A DNA stretch of 64,000 nt, taken from contig CAZLVU010000002.1 in the NCBI GenBank assembly GCA_964563355.1, forward strand, positions 3,805-67,804. Direction: 5' to 3'. The notes below the pieces were generated by a model. It saw only the letters and a list, made by a program, of their open reading frames with translations, was not told the origin of the DNA and did no database searches. This DNA comes from an uncultured Candidatus Poseidoniales archaeon. GTDB lineage: Archaea > Thermoplasmatota > Poseidoniia > Poseidoniales > Thalassarchaeaceae. Positions 43,817-53,481 of this stretch are shown here, piece by piece; the first letter of the stretch is position 1, and every line of letters begins with the position of its first letter. A program made the translations under genes and the position numbers.

Positions 43817-46800
43817 ATGGCAGATGATGAGCCGGATGATCGCATCATCCGCGAGCGTCAGTTCAAACGCTCCTCGGGTGTTGAGATTACCGACTTTGAA
43901 TTCGAAGAGCGTGAGGACAAGGAAATTATTGTGCCCGTTGGTGATGAGGCGATTGGCGAGATTTTCGATCCGTTCTCAAAACATGGGTCGAATTCCCCTG
44001 GGGCAGTCCTACCGGATGGAACGGTTGTCACCGCTCCTGAGAGGGATCTGGTCACAGAACTTTCGATTGAAGGTGAGAGGCGCGTAAACTGGATTATCAT
44101 GGTATCAATGGTGTTAATTTACAGTGCCATCAGCATTCAGGTTGGTACTACATTCAACCCGTTTCAGGGAACTATTGCATTGCTGATTCTGGGTTCCTTT
44201 GGGCTATTTCTAGGAGAACTGTGGATTCCGAAGGAGAAGATGGTTCTCCTTGGCGTAACCTGGGTCATTATCTCGATGAAGGTCCTGTACGGATTAGCCA
44301 TAGAGCTCAGGCAATGGAATGTCATCACTAGTGACTGGGGATTGGGGCTTGCTTTGGTTCTACTAGTCGGAGTCAACGTCTACGCCGCCTACCGGCACGA
44401 TCAGGATGCGATAGCTGCGCAGTCGACCTTAGTCCTCCTCGCTATCGGTTCTACGGCAGGATCAGTACTTGGTGAGGAAGGGGTCGCAGGCATGATCCTG
44501 CTATCCACAATTCTGCTCCATGGTCTGGCATTGAACAGGAATTCTGGAAACCTTGCATCCCTAGGAATTGCAGCATCCAACCTCTGGATTGGCATGCACG
44601 CAGTGACTTCTGGTTTCGAGATTGGGCACTTGAGGGTACTTCCTCTTGATTCGCCGCTACTTCTGTTCCTCCTTCTTATGGTCGTGACGGGATTGAACGC
44701 CACGATGGCAGCAAGATTCGCTCGTAAGGAAAACTGGTTCTCGAAGGGTTTCGAAACGGTGGGGCTAGGCAAGCCCGGCCTTTGGGGAGTTTCCATCTCA
44801 CTAGGAATGGTTGGTGCAATAATGGCGGTTGCCGCAAACAGAGAAGAGCTAGGATATGCATTGGGAATGGTCACTTTCCTTGGCGGGGCTTTCGGTGGCT
44901 CATACCTAGTTGTTAGAGGCGTGGAACGCAACAGAGTGATCAAGCCACTGATTATTTCCGCCTCTCTACTGAGTTTGGTCTTGCTGGCGGAACAAAACGT
45001 AGAGGAAACTTTCGGATTTACTTCGTACCATATTTTTACCGTAATCGGAGCTTCAACTACTGGTTTTGTAATTCTGAGAGACCAGAGTAGAGTTTCTGAC
45101 AGAGTTCTGTGGTCTGGTTCGGTTGCCATCCTTGTCATGCTCGTACTTCTAGTTCCAACGGAGTCTTCGGAGGTTGGTGGGGACGGTGGGGCAATCCTAC
45201 TCTCGCTTCTGTCTGCCCTGCACATTGGCACTGCAGCTCTTGCACTAAAACGGGATTCTGCTTCTCTTTCCGGAGTAACGGTACTTCTCCCTTGGTCTTG
45301 GATTCTGATAGAAGAGGTGATTCAGGAGGCTTTCAGGACGGTAATGCTAGCTAACGATATCTCTGATCCTGGAGGCATCATAGACCTGGATCCAACCCCC
45401 CTAGCCCTTTACTTGGGGTTGTCAATCGTTCTGCTATTCGTGGTTAACACGAAGATGGGGGGGACTGGGGTCAATTTGGCATCCGGCTTCCTAGGAATTT
45501 CAGAGATCTCTGCCTCAATTAGGGACTCAGGCGCCCTACAATTATGGAGCTTAGGTCTGTGGTTACCCATGGTTACCACCTTATTTTTGGCCCAGTTTGG
45601 TGGCTTCACTTCAGTCTCAATTTGTATTATTCTGGCTCTGCTTGCATGTGTTCATGTTGTCGCACATGTGTTGGGATTTCGATCGGGGAGCTCAAGTTCC
45701 ATCATGGGCTTCTTGGCCTTGGCAACGGTAATTGTCCAGTGGAGGCACGGAATAGATGAGGTAGTGATGGGGATACTTTGCATCTCAATTTCAACGCTAC
45801 TATTTTTCGATGAGAATGATGAGGGGAGGTTCAGCCTTTCGATGATTCTAATGACGCTCCCCGTATTGGTATTATTGACCGATCGCGACCCTGCATTAGT
45901 TCTTGCCAAGAGCGAATCCATGCCTAATCCGGGAGAGGGTCTGGCATCGGTGCTCTGTACCTTAATTTTGCTTGGTGTTTACCTCCCAAGGGCAGAGAAA
46001 ATGGAGAAGATTCTCAAGCCTGCATCTACTTCCCTTACGCTCCTGGTTGTCACGATGTGGCATTCCATTAACGTGGGTGATGATTTCCTGATTGGCTCGT
46101 CAGTGGCCATGTTCTTGGTGGCCTCTGTGTGGTTGATTGCCAGAGGGGAGCTGCGGTCAGAGTTGCGTTCCATCGCAAAGAGAGACGCAATTATCGAGTT
46201 AGCGACCAATAGCCCCGAGGGTTCTGTTGTTTCTCTTGACAGAGGAGCTGTTGAGACCTACAACGCCAAGTTAACCGAGATGATTGCACTAAGGCGCAAG
46301 AGCAGGGAGAAATCGGAGTCAGGGGACATAGGGGATCTGCTGACCAGTGATGTCAGTCACCGACCGGTGGTAGGACTGACTGTGTTGGCAGTTGTCATGA
46401 CATCAACGATTGTATTTGGGGCAATGAATGGTTCGAATCGGGGTATCTGGCCCCTATTTCTGATTGTTTCGGGGGCTTTCTCTGCACTCATAGTCTTCCT
46501 CGTCAGGAGCAGAACTAGAGGGCTTGAACTGGAATTGCCACACTTTCTCGGCATCGAGATGCCGATTGCGCTATCCATTGGGGGCTTGGTGTTGGCTGTG
46601 ATCTCTGCACACGTGATTGGGGTTGGTGTCAGCAACACCGAACTCTTGGACTTAGCAGTCGTATCAGTCCTGATCACATTGATGGTTCTAATCTCACTAT
46701 TGCACTACGACAACCTTCTGGAACGAATCTCCATTGCAATAGACTGGTTAGTTTTCGCCCTCCTGACGGCAAGACTGCTCGGGGCCCTGATTGGAGAAGC

Positions 46801-47554
46801 GCTTCCAATGCCACTGAGCGTAAATCCATTTGAAGGAGACTCGCTAGAATGGACGGGGCCTCTGTTTCTGCTTGAATCGATGCTATTTTTCTGTGTGCTG
46901 GGGGGTTTCTGGGTTGAAGAAAAGAGGAAAGGTGTTGGAAGGGAAGGTGCCCAAGGAGGTCTCGGAATTGGCCTCCGAACTCTTGCCATAGTTATGCTCT
47001 CATTCGGACCGGCGGGGATTGTCGCAGTACTGAGCGCATCATACAGGAGTTTGGTTACCAAACAGCCTCTGGGTCTTGGGATTGCTTTGCCGGGTGGCGT
47101 TCTAGCATTGATGGCAGTTTCATCTTGGAATGGAAAAATCGGTGCTGAGCTGCCGATGTTCGTTCTAATTCTGGGCTTAGTTCTGATGATTATGTGCGCG
47201 TTTACTGTTCCACTAAATGAGGGGGTTTGGACCATGACTCTAGCCTCAGACGGGCACTTGTTTGTAATCTCGGGAGCTCTTGCGATGGGTTTGATTGACG
47301 ACGTCCTGATGCCCATCCTCCTGATGCTCATGTCTACGACCATCTGGGTTGTGGGAATACTGCAACTTAGGAAAGCGCTCAGAATTTGGGGTCTGATTGA
47401 TCTTGTCACCGCGATTGTTTGTGGAGCTGTGTTCGTCTCCAGTGAGCTGACACAACCAACAAACCTTCTGGTATCATTGGTCGTTCTGGCTTTGGAGCTA
47501 GGCCTAGTGGCTTGGCTAGGCCTAGCAAACCAAGAGGAAATGGTTCGGGATTGA
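43817..47554 (+). CDS. Very large polytopic membrane protein (1245 aa, roughly 30 TM helices), unknown family
   Basis: It has an acidic N-terminal cytoplasmic segment of about 95 aa. Hydrophobic helices are then nearly continuous in two blocks. A charged linker separates the blocks (aa ~800-880: ...KLTEMIALRRKSREKSESGD...). I recognise no catalytic motif. Confidence 0.85.
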   Translation: MADDEPDDRIIRERQFKRSSGVEITDFEFEEREDKEIIVPVGDEAIGEIFDPFSKHGSNSPGAVLPDGTVVTAPERDLVTELSIEGERRVNWIIMVSMVLIYSAISIQVGTTFNPFQGTIALLILGSFGLFLGELWIPKEKMVLLGVTWVIISMKVLYGLAIELRQWNVITSDWGLGLALVLLVGVNVYAAYRHDQDAIAAQSTLVLLAIGSTAGSVLGEEGVAGMILLSTILLHGLALNRNSGNLASLGIAASNLWIGMHAVTSGFEIGHLRVLPLDSPLLLFLLLMVVTGLNATMAARFARKENWFSKGFETVGLGKPGLWGVSISLGMVGAIMAVAANREELGYALGMVTFLGGAFGGSYLVVRGVERNRVIKPLIISASLLSLVLLAEQNVEETFGFTSYHIFTVIGASTTGFVILRDQSRVSDRVLWSGSVAILVMLVLLVPTESSEVGGDGGAILLSLLSALHIGTAALALKRDSASLSGVTVLLPWSWILIEEVIQEAFRTVMLANDISDPGGIIDLDPTPLALYLGLSIVLLFVVNTKMGGTGVNLASGFLGISEISASIRDSGALQLWSLGLWLPMVTTLFLAQFGGFTSVSICIILALLACVHVVAHVLGFRSGSSSSIMGFLALATVIVQWRHGIDEVVMGILCISISTLLFFDENDEGRFSLSMILMTLPVLVLLTDRDPALVLAKSESMPNPGEGLASVLCTLILLGVYLPRAEKMEKILKPASTSLTLLVVTMWHSINVGDDFLIGSSVAMFLVASVWLIARGELRSELRSIAKRDAIIELATNSPEGSVVSLDRGAVETYNAKLTEMIALRRKSREKSESGDIGDLLTSDVSHRPVVGLTVLAVVMTSTIVFGAMNGSNRGIWPLFLIVSGAFSALIVFLVRSRTRGLELELPHFLGIEMPIALSIGGLVLAVISAHVIGVGVSNTELLDLAVVSVLITLMVLISLLHYDNLLERISIAIDWLVFALLTARLLGALIGEALPMPLSVNPFEGDSLEWTGPLFLLESMLFFCVLGGFWVEEKRKGVGREGAQGGLGIGLRTLAIVMLSFGPAGIVAVLSASYRSLVTKQPLGLGIALPGGVLALMAVSSWNGKIGAELPMFVLILGLVLMIMCAFTVPLNEGVWTMTLASDGHLFVISGALAMGLIDDVLMPILLMLMSTTIWVVGILQLRKALRIWGLIDLVTAIVCGAVFVSSELTQPTNLLVSLVVLALELGLVAWLGLANQEEMVRD

Positions 47555-47572
47555 AGCCTAGTCGCTCTTGAA

Positions 47573-48574
47573 GTGCCAACGTTGATGACTGACGGGCACG
47601 GCAAGAGAATTGTGACCAAGTCTTGGATATCGGACACCCCGGATGAGGTTGAGCATCCCCCTATACCTCTTGGACTGAACAGAATGGCAGTTCCTAGGGC
47701 AGCCATTGTCCTATCAATTGCAACCTTCTTCTCTCTGGTTCTGTCTGCAATTTGGGTTGGTCTTTCCACTGTTGACTTCCTAGAAAACTTAGAGGACTCG
47801 TTCGGTTCTAGCAACGTCGAGCTCCTAGAGTTGGATGGTCGTTGGGTTTGGGAGGTCGATCTGCTGTTCGACACCTGCTCTGCAAGAGAAGACAACTGGG
47901 ACTGGCCTGATAGCCTAGCCGATCAGGACGATGTCTTCCTGTATCCAGGAGAGCTGAGGTGCGACTGGGAACATCAGGGAGTTGCGGATGCAGCCAGCGT
48001 GGTGATCTATAACAGGGGTAACGAGACTCTGGACCTAGTGATGGAAATCACCGGAGGAGGTGTGGTTTTCGATGCTACCAGTGAACCTCATGGCATCATC
48101 AACGGACTCGAGGCTGGTGATTCGATAATTCTACAAATCAGCCTCACAGAGGATGTTGTCGAACGAGCTATCAGCATCACAGCGACGCATATTTCAGTCC
48201 TACAAGCCCAAGTCAGGCTTGATGTTCAACTATTCAAGGGATCAGAAGGGAGGCAGGTCCACATCCAAGAAGGCGAGGCCGTCGAGGTTCACTACACTGT
48301 TTGGAACGCGGATACTGACGAGGAGTTGGATGATGGCACTTGGGTTGACCGAGCGGGAGATCCTTGGTGGTCCATTGATGGTTTCGGATGGTCTGCAATT
48401 GGACTTGATATTGATAACGACCGAGGTGGTGGCTTCCCCATCATCGACACCGGAACGACCCACGTAACCCTGCTTCCTCCTCCGATCGCCTACGGCAATA
48501 GCGAGGACCATGAGCTTCAATACACATGGTTGAGATTTGAACTGAAACTGGAGAGAGCACCAATCTCTGACTGA
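47573..48574 (+). CDS. Membrane-anchored protein with a C-terminal FKBP-like domain (tentative)
   Basis: The TM helix is AAIVLSIATFFSLVLSAIWVGL. The C-terminus reads GEAVEVHYTVWNADTDEELDDG...THVTLLPPPIAYGN....LQYTWLRFELKLE. This follows the FKBP pattern G..V.VHY.G.....G..FD...IPP..AYG......L.FEVEL only loosely. Confidence 0.6.
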   Translation: MPTLMTDGHGKRIVTKSWISDTPDEVEHPPIPLGLNRMAVPRAAIVLSIATFFSLVLSAIWVGLSTVDFLENLEDSFGSSNVELLELDGRWVWEVDLLFDTCSAREDNWDWPDSLADQDDVFLYPGELRCDWEHQGVADAASVVIYNRGNETLDLVMEITGGGVVFDATSEPHGIINGLEAGDSIILQISLTEDVVERAISITATHISVLQAQVRLDVQLFKGSEGRQVHIQEGEAVEVHYTVWNADTDEELDDGTWVDRAGDPWWSIDGFGWSAIGLDIDNDRGGGFPIIDTGTTHVTLLPPPIAYGNSEDHELQYTWLRFELKLERAPISD

Positions 48575-48616
48575 AAACCACGAAAGAGACTTGACTGAAG
48601 AACAAGAGGATTTGCC

Positions 48617-49918
48617 GTGACCGAAGTAGAGCACACAGCCTTCACTCCAACCAAGCAGCTCCTTGGTAGGGCGAAGAAGAAATTCAAACCAGAATCAGCA
48701 AGGAAGGGTGAGCCATCTTTCATAATGACTCCAGATATGAGGAAGCTGTCAACGCCTTGGTCAGTAGCCTCGATTCGTGCCTCTCAGATCGACCCTGGAT
48801 CACTGCCTGCAGGGGTGATCCTAGATGTCGCTGCTGGGTCGGGGGTGCAACTCATTGCATTCTCCAAATTCCTTAACAGGCCGGCTCTCGGAATAGAAAT
48901 TGACGAGCAGGTTGCCTTACTCTGTGCGGCCAACATGCAGTTAAACGCGGAAGATGGAGTTCAACGCTCTCTAGACAGGGTCCTAGTAGGAGACGGCTGT
49001 GCAGCGGATTCAGCTGTTTCTGCATACTGGGCGAGCCTCAGAGAGGGCGGGACCAGGGCGCATCCGCCAATCTCCATGCTGCATCTTGATCCTGCAAGGC
49101 CGCCGGACGCCCAGAATCACCACGTAAATGAAATGCAACCAGATCTGAAATCAGCATTGAAGGCTTGGAGTCAGCATCTTCAGGTTGGTACACGTGGACC
49201 TGCGGTGATTCTGGATCTATCTCCGAGATTGGACTCAGTCCAGAGGGCGATGGTTGACGGAATCCTGGAAACGAGCTTTCCTGGTATTGCGAGGACGTGG
49301 GAGTGGCTGAGTCAAGGAGGCGGAAGGGTTTCCAGGTTGTCAGTTTGGATTGGATCGCTCTCATCCAAGAGCCCTCGACGCTGCCTGCGCATCGGTAGAA
49401 AGAAGGTGATATCTAGAATTGAAGGCACTCCTAAGGTAGCTCAACCAGTTTTCTTCGAAAGAGCGCCAGACTTCGGGGCTTGGTTGTCAATTGTAGACCC
49501 GTCTCTCTTTGAGAGTGGGCTTCAGGATTCGTGGCTGAGCAAAGCGGTCAGAAGTGGATCCGGTTCGTCTTGGGTTAGAGTTGAGGGGAGGAGGCCGTTA
49601 CTAATACACACAGATCCTCTCACTGATGATGATGACGTCCAAGGATTCCTTGTAGCCTCAGGAAAAATTGTGCAACACAGACTCTCCCCGCCTAAGTTGA
49701 ACAATATCGACCTAGTCGCTTCTTCCGCGGTAAGGAATGGGATTGGCAAGATTACGCTAAGATGCAGCCTCGACCCAGAAATCCACCCCACCCTTCAGAG
49801 GAGGTTACACAAAGCCCTCAAGGGTGCAGAGGGCAGTGGAGCGTTCATCGTTGACATGGATTTGAATCGCGGAGCGGCTAGCCGTTCACTGTACTTGATC
49901 TGCAAGGAGGCTATGTAG
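48617..49918 (+). CDS. Class I SAM-dependent methyltransferase (substrate unknown)
   Basis: Motif I is VILDVAAGSGVQLIAF and post-I is GIEIDEQ. The segment LHLDPARP resembles the DPPR/DPAR motif of RNA/N-methylases. The C-terminal roughly 200 aa are unassigned. Confidence 0.6.
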   Translation: MTEVEHTAFTPTKQLLGRAKKKFKPESARKGEPSFIMTPDMRKLSTPWSVASIRASQIDPGSLPAGVILDVAAGSGVQLIAFSKFLNRPALGIEIDEQVALLCAANMQLNAEDGVQRSLDRVLVGDGCAADSAVSAYWASLREGGTRAHPPISMLHLDPARPPDAQNHHVNEMQPDLKSALKAWSQHLQVGTRGPAVILDLSPRLDSVQRAMVDGILETSFPGIARTWEWLSQGGGRVSRLSVWIGSLSSKSPRRCLRIGRKKVISRIEGTPKVAQPVFFERAPDFGAWLSIVDPSLFESGLQDSWLSKAVRSGSGSSWVRVEGRRPLLIHTDPLTDDDDVQGFLVASGKIVQHRLSPPKLNNIDLVASSAVRNGIGKITLRCSLDPEIHPTLQRRLHKALKGAEGSGAFIVDMDLNRGAASRSLYLICKEAM

Positions 49919-50024
49919 CCTCCCGAATGTAGATTTTCTCAGTCCGTTCTATTCAAATACAGAGTGCAGGTCGCGACAGTGCCCAAAGGGCCACCTGACA
50001 TAGGTGAACACGGGAGAACCGTAA

Positions 50025-50492
50025 ATGGCGAGATTGGATGAGGCTGAACTTGGGGACGATTTCTCGTACATCCTCAGAATAGCAGATACAGATATCGATG
50101 GTCTCAAGCCAATTACTTACGGCCTTACATCTGTAAAGGGAATTGGCGTCCGGAGCTCCATGCTCATCTGCCAGCTCGCTGGCATTGATGGTAGCAGGCT
50201 TGGCGGTCACCTTTCAACCGAGGAGCAGGATCTGCTAAGGAGCACCATTGATGACTACGCGACCAATGTCCCTTGGTGGCTGGTAAATCGCCAGAGAGAT
50301 CTGGAGACAAATGAGGATGCTCACATCATTGCTAACGAAGTCAGCATGACAAAAGATGATGACGTTTCCCGACTTGCTGAGATGAAGACCTATCGAGGAA
50401 TGAGGCATCGAAGTGGTCACAAGGTACGCGGCCAAAGACTCAGATCAAACGGACGGAAGGGTTCTGCTCTTGGCGTGCAGAGGAAGAAGTAG
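50025..50492 (+). CDS. rps13: 30S ribosomal protein S13 (uS13)
   Basis: Matching segments are ILRIADTDIDGLKPITYGLTSVKGIGVRSS and YRGMRHRSGHKVRGQRLRSNGRKG. Confidence 0.95.
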   Translation: MARLDEAELGDDFSYILRIADTDIDGLKPITYGLTSVKGIGVRSSMLICQLAGIDGSRLGGHLSTEEQDLLRSTIDDYATNVPWWLVNRQRDLETNEDAHIIANEVSMTKDDDVSRLAEMKTYRGMRHRSGHKVRGQRLRSNGRKGSALGVQRKK

Positions 50493-50504
50493 AAGGTGTG
50501 AGAA

Positions 50505-51188
50505 ATGGGTGAACCGAAGTTCTCTAGACCACGAACGCAGACTCCCACACATCCTTGGAAGCAGGCTAGGATTGACGAGGAGCACGCACTTAAGGAGAAA
50601 TATGGCCTGAAGAAGGTCGGCGGGATGAGAGAGATCTGGAGAGAGAAATCCGCTCTAAGGAGGCACCGAAACCAAGCCATGAAGCTAATTGGCAGAGTCG
50701 ATGCAACGGAGGGTCACTATGCAAAGGAAAGACAGCAACTACTGGACTCACTGTACAGGAAGGGGCTTCTTCAGTCAGGTGCGGACATCGGTGATGTTCT
50801 GGAGATAAACGTCGAGCACATGCTTTCCAGAAGGCTTCAGTCGGTGGCCTATTACAGGGGCCTAGCACCATCAATGAGGGCGGCGAGGAACCTAATTGTT
50901 CACGGTCACGTCTGCATTGGAAACCAACGAATGACTGTGCCAGGATACCACGTACTCAAAGAAGAGGAGGATTTGCTGCAATATAGCCCAAGCTCCCCCT
51001 TTGCCGATCCCGAACATAGGTTCAGACAGGACTTGGAACAACGCCGAGTTTCCGGCATGGAACATGCAGAAGACTCGGGGGAAGAGTTGGAAAGAGGCGA
51101 GGGTGAGGAATTCATAGAACAGGTGAAGAAAGACGCAGAGAAAGCACCTACTGTGGATGACACGATTCCTGAGAAGGAGGTGGAGTGA
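50505..51188 (+). CDS. rps4: 30S ribosomal protein S4 (uS4) with an acidic C-terminal tail of about 55 aa
   Basis: Matching segments are PKFSRPRTQTPTHPW, EKYGLKK and the S4 domain LSRRLQSVAYYRGLAPSMRAARNLIVHGHVCIGNQRMTVPGYHV. The tail is rich in E and D. Confidence 0.93.
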   Translation: MGEPKFSRPRTQTPTHPWKQARIDEEHALKEKYGLKKVGGMREIWREKSALRRHRNQAMKLIGRVDATEGHYAKERQQLLDSLYRKGLLQSGADIGDVLEINVEHMLSRRLQSVAYYRGLAPSMRAARNLIVHGHVCIGNQRMTVPGYHVLKEEEDLLQYSPSSPFADPEHRFRQDLEQRRVSGMEHAEDSGEELERGEGEEFIEQVKKDAEKAPTVDDTIPEKEVE

Positions 51189-51568
51189 TGGGGCACAAGG
51201 CCATACTTCACATCTATAGCACATTCAACAATGTGCTGATTACTGCTACCGACCTTACTGGAGCTGAGACCATTTGCAAGGTTTCGGGCGGGATGGTTAC
51301 CAAGGGAGGGAGTGATTCTGGTGGCCAGTTTGCTGCCACTAGGGCGGCCGAGAAAATCGCGGAGATGCTGTCAGAGAAGGAGTTTGACCAAGTCATTGTC
51401 AAATATCGAGGAGCTGGTGGAAACCGTTCCAACAGTGCCCCTGGCGCTACCGCAGCAATCAGAGCTCTGACTAGAGCCGGTGTTAGAATTACCAGAATTG
51501 AAGATGTCACTCCAATGCCGACTGATGGCACAAAGAGTAAGGGAGGTCGGCGAGGCCGGCGAATGTGA
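51185..51568 (+). CDS. rps11: 30S ribosomal protein S11 (uS11)
   Basis: Matching segments are AILHIYSTFNNVLITATDLTG and APGATAAIRALTRAGVRITRIEDVTPMPTDGT. The start is GTG 51185 or ATG 51188, which overlaps the S4 stop. Confidence 0.95.
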   Translation: MMGHKAILHIYSTFNNVLITATDLTGAETICKVSGGMVTKGGSDSGGQFAATRAAEKIAEMLSEKEFDQVIVKYRGAGGNRSNSAPGATAAIRALTRAGVRITRIEDVTPMPTDGTKSKGGRRGRRM

Positions 51569-51577
51569 GGTGGAAAA

Positions 51578-52465
51578 ATGGTGAAAATCAAGATACTAAG
51601 GGAGACTGAAGATAGGATGCAGCTCTTGCTGTCAGAAACGGACAGGAGTTTCGCAAACGCGCTCAGAAGGTCGCTTATTTCCGACACCCCGAAGATGGCA
51701 ATTGACAGCGTAAGGTTCCAACTAGGTACCAAGGAGCAGGATGGAGAAATCTGGGAGTCCACTGGCCCAGTCCCAGATGAGATGGTGGCCCAGAGACTGG
51801 CGATGGTCCCGATTCCCACCAACTTCGAAAGATTCCACTTCCAAGATGAGTGTCCCAACTGCAAGGACCTAGTGGAAGAAGACCGTGGATGTTTGGAGTG
51901 TCAGATGATCTACACGTGCGTAGTTTTTGGTTCGGAAGAAGGCAAGTGGGTCACTGCTGGCGATTTGAAGTACCTTGGCGAGGAATCGCTAGAAATTACT
52001 TCTGAGTACAAGTCTATTCCTATCACCAAACTGTTGAAGGGGCAAATGATTGAGTTCTATGCTACTGCAGTCATGGGGCGTGGGAGAGATCACACCAAGT
52101 GGTCCCCAGTTTGTGGCGTTACATTTGCATCTCGAAAGGTTGGAGTCATTAACAACAAGACCAAGGCAAAAATCCTGTGGGACATGAAGTTGAACATTAC
52201 GGCAAAGGACTTCGGAAAGGACAACAGATTGGATGATATAGACAAGGTGGCGATACTGGAGCGTGATCTGAATCACGTTGGTGATGGAACTGAGGCTTCC
52301 AGAGAGTTCAAGGATGCAATTACGCTTGAGGATGTTCCGGGAGAATTCATCCTAGACTTTGAAACGGATGGCTCAATGACCCCAAAGGCAGCATTTGGCA
52401 GGGCAGCACAGGAGTTGGCAGAAAAGTTCAGCTTGCTGGAACAGGATCTCGCTGCAGCGATGTGA
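51578..52465 (+). CDS. rpoD: DNA-directed RNA polymerase subunit D (Rpo3)
   Basis: FANALRRSLISDTPKMAID is the conserved RpoD/Rpb3 motif. A Cys-containing insertion is present (ECPNCKD...CLECQ). It occupies the position after S13-S4-S11 that is typical of archaea. Confidence 0.9.
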   Translation: MVKIKILRETEDRMQLLLSETDRSFANALRRSLISDTPKMAIDSVRFQLGTKEQDGEIWESTGPVPDEMVAQRLAMVPIPTNFERFHFQDECPNCKDLVEEDRGCLECQMIYTCVVFGSEEGKWVTAGDLKYLGEESLEITSEYKSIPITKLLKGQMIEFYATAVMGRGRDHTKWSPVCGVTFASRKVGVINNKTKAKILWDMKLNITAKDFGKDNRLDDIDKVAILERDLNHVGDGTEASREFKDAITLEDVPGEFILDFETDGSMTPKAAFGRAAQELAEKFSLLEQDLAAAM

Positions 52466-52503
52466 TAGCAATACCTCTTTATCATCACGCTAGATGATGG
52501 TTT

Positions 52504-53481
52504 ATGGTTACTAGGCTCGGGCGGGGTCACTGCGGTGCCCATCTAACGTTGTTGTTCACTGTTGAAGACAGTTCGAGTGAGCTGGAAAGTCAAGGAAGCA
52601 CTGGGGCCGGTATTTGCCTCGAGGATGGTGTCGACGCAATAGCGAGGGGCGAGGAGGGGGACTCTTCCCTTGCCGTAACTTTCCAGGGGAATAAGCATGA
52701 CTCGGAGATGTACCAGGAGGTTCTCGATGAACTCTGCTCAGAGATTCCAGAGGCCGGAGAATTGGAATGGGAGTTGACGATCATGATGGAGTTGCCCACT
52801 TCGCAGGGTTTTGGGATGTCCGCTTCGGGTGCGATTGCAGCCGCGATGTCGTTCCAAAGGGCGCTTGGGATCCCCAATGAGGAGTGCTTGAGACGGTCTT
52901 TCTTGATCGCCCATAGAGTTGAGAGGAAGAGGTCCAGTGGCTTGGGGGATACTACAGCTTTAGCAGCGGGAGGGGTCGAAAGGAGAGTGGTTGCAGGATC
53001 ACCGTATAGTGGACCGTTACTGGAAATTGGGCCTGGTAGATCCCATGGATGGTCTCAGGGAACTCCTGTACTCGTATGTTGGAAGGAAGAGACTGGCACC
53101 CCCACCTCAAGGTATATCGACAATAAAAGGTGGAAAGAAAGAATCACCAGCGCTGGAATTGAGCAGATGAGCATAATCGGCAAGGGAGAATGGGGGCCAG
53201 AGAGATGGTCGGAGTTGATTGAATGCGCAAAGAGTTTCGTAGAAGAAAGTGGGCTTTTGGATGATGCCTCAAGATCAGACTTACTGGTTAGTGTGAATAA
53301 AGAGATCTCCAACTCTGGTTTTCACGATGATGTGACTGCGTTACTTTGCATGCTAGGAGAGAGTGTGGTGGTGGTGCCGACCGATGCTAACAATGACGAG
53401 GGTGACTTGGGGGCTTTGTCGGTCTTTTTGGAGGACTCTGGACTCGCAACAATGCTCAGCAGAGTGGGGGGTCTGCCATAA
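52504..53481 (+). CDS. GHMP-superfamily kinase, probably archaeal pantoate kinase
   Basis: The GHMP motif is LPTSQGFGMSASGAIAAA. The N-terminal segments GHCGAHLTLLF and GSTGAGICLEDGV, together with SGLGDTTALAAGGVERR, resemble the COG1829 pantoate-kinase pattern as I recall it. Confidence 0.55.
   Translation: MVTRLGRGHCGAHLTLLFTVEDSSSELESQGSTGAGICLEDGVDAIARGEEGDSSLAVTFQGNKHDSEMYQEVLDELCSEIPEAGELEWELTIMMELPTSQGFGMSASGAIAAAMSFQRALGIPNEECLRRSFLIAHRVERKRSSGLGDTTALAAGGVERRVVAGSPYSGPLLEIGPGRSHGWSQGTPVLVCWKEETGTPTSRYIDNKRWKERITSAGIEQMSIIGKGEWGPERWSELIECAKSFVEESGLLDDASRSDLLVSVNKEISNSGFHDDVTALLCMLGESVVVVPTDANNDEGDLGALSVFLEDSGLATMLSRVGGLP

Noticed and set aside
44401-47895. Minus-strand ORFs of 276 aa and 396 aa
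   Set aside because: They are antisense to the 1245-aa membrane-protein gene and the start of the next gene. Their composition is Ser/Thr/Pro/Arg-rich, with no motifs and no independent start context.
51214-51864. A 216-aa minus-strand ORF
   Set aside because: It is antisense to the unambiguous S11 and RpoD genes.
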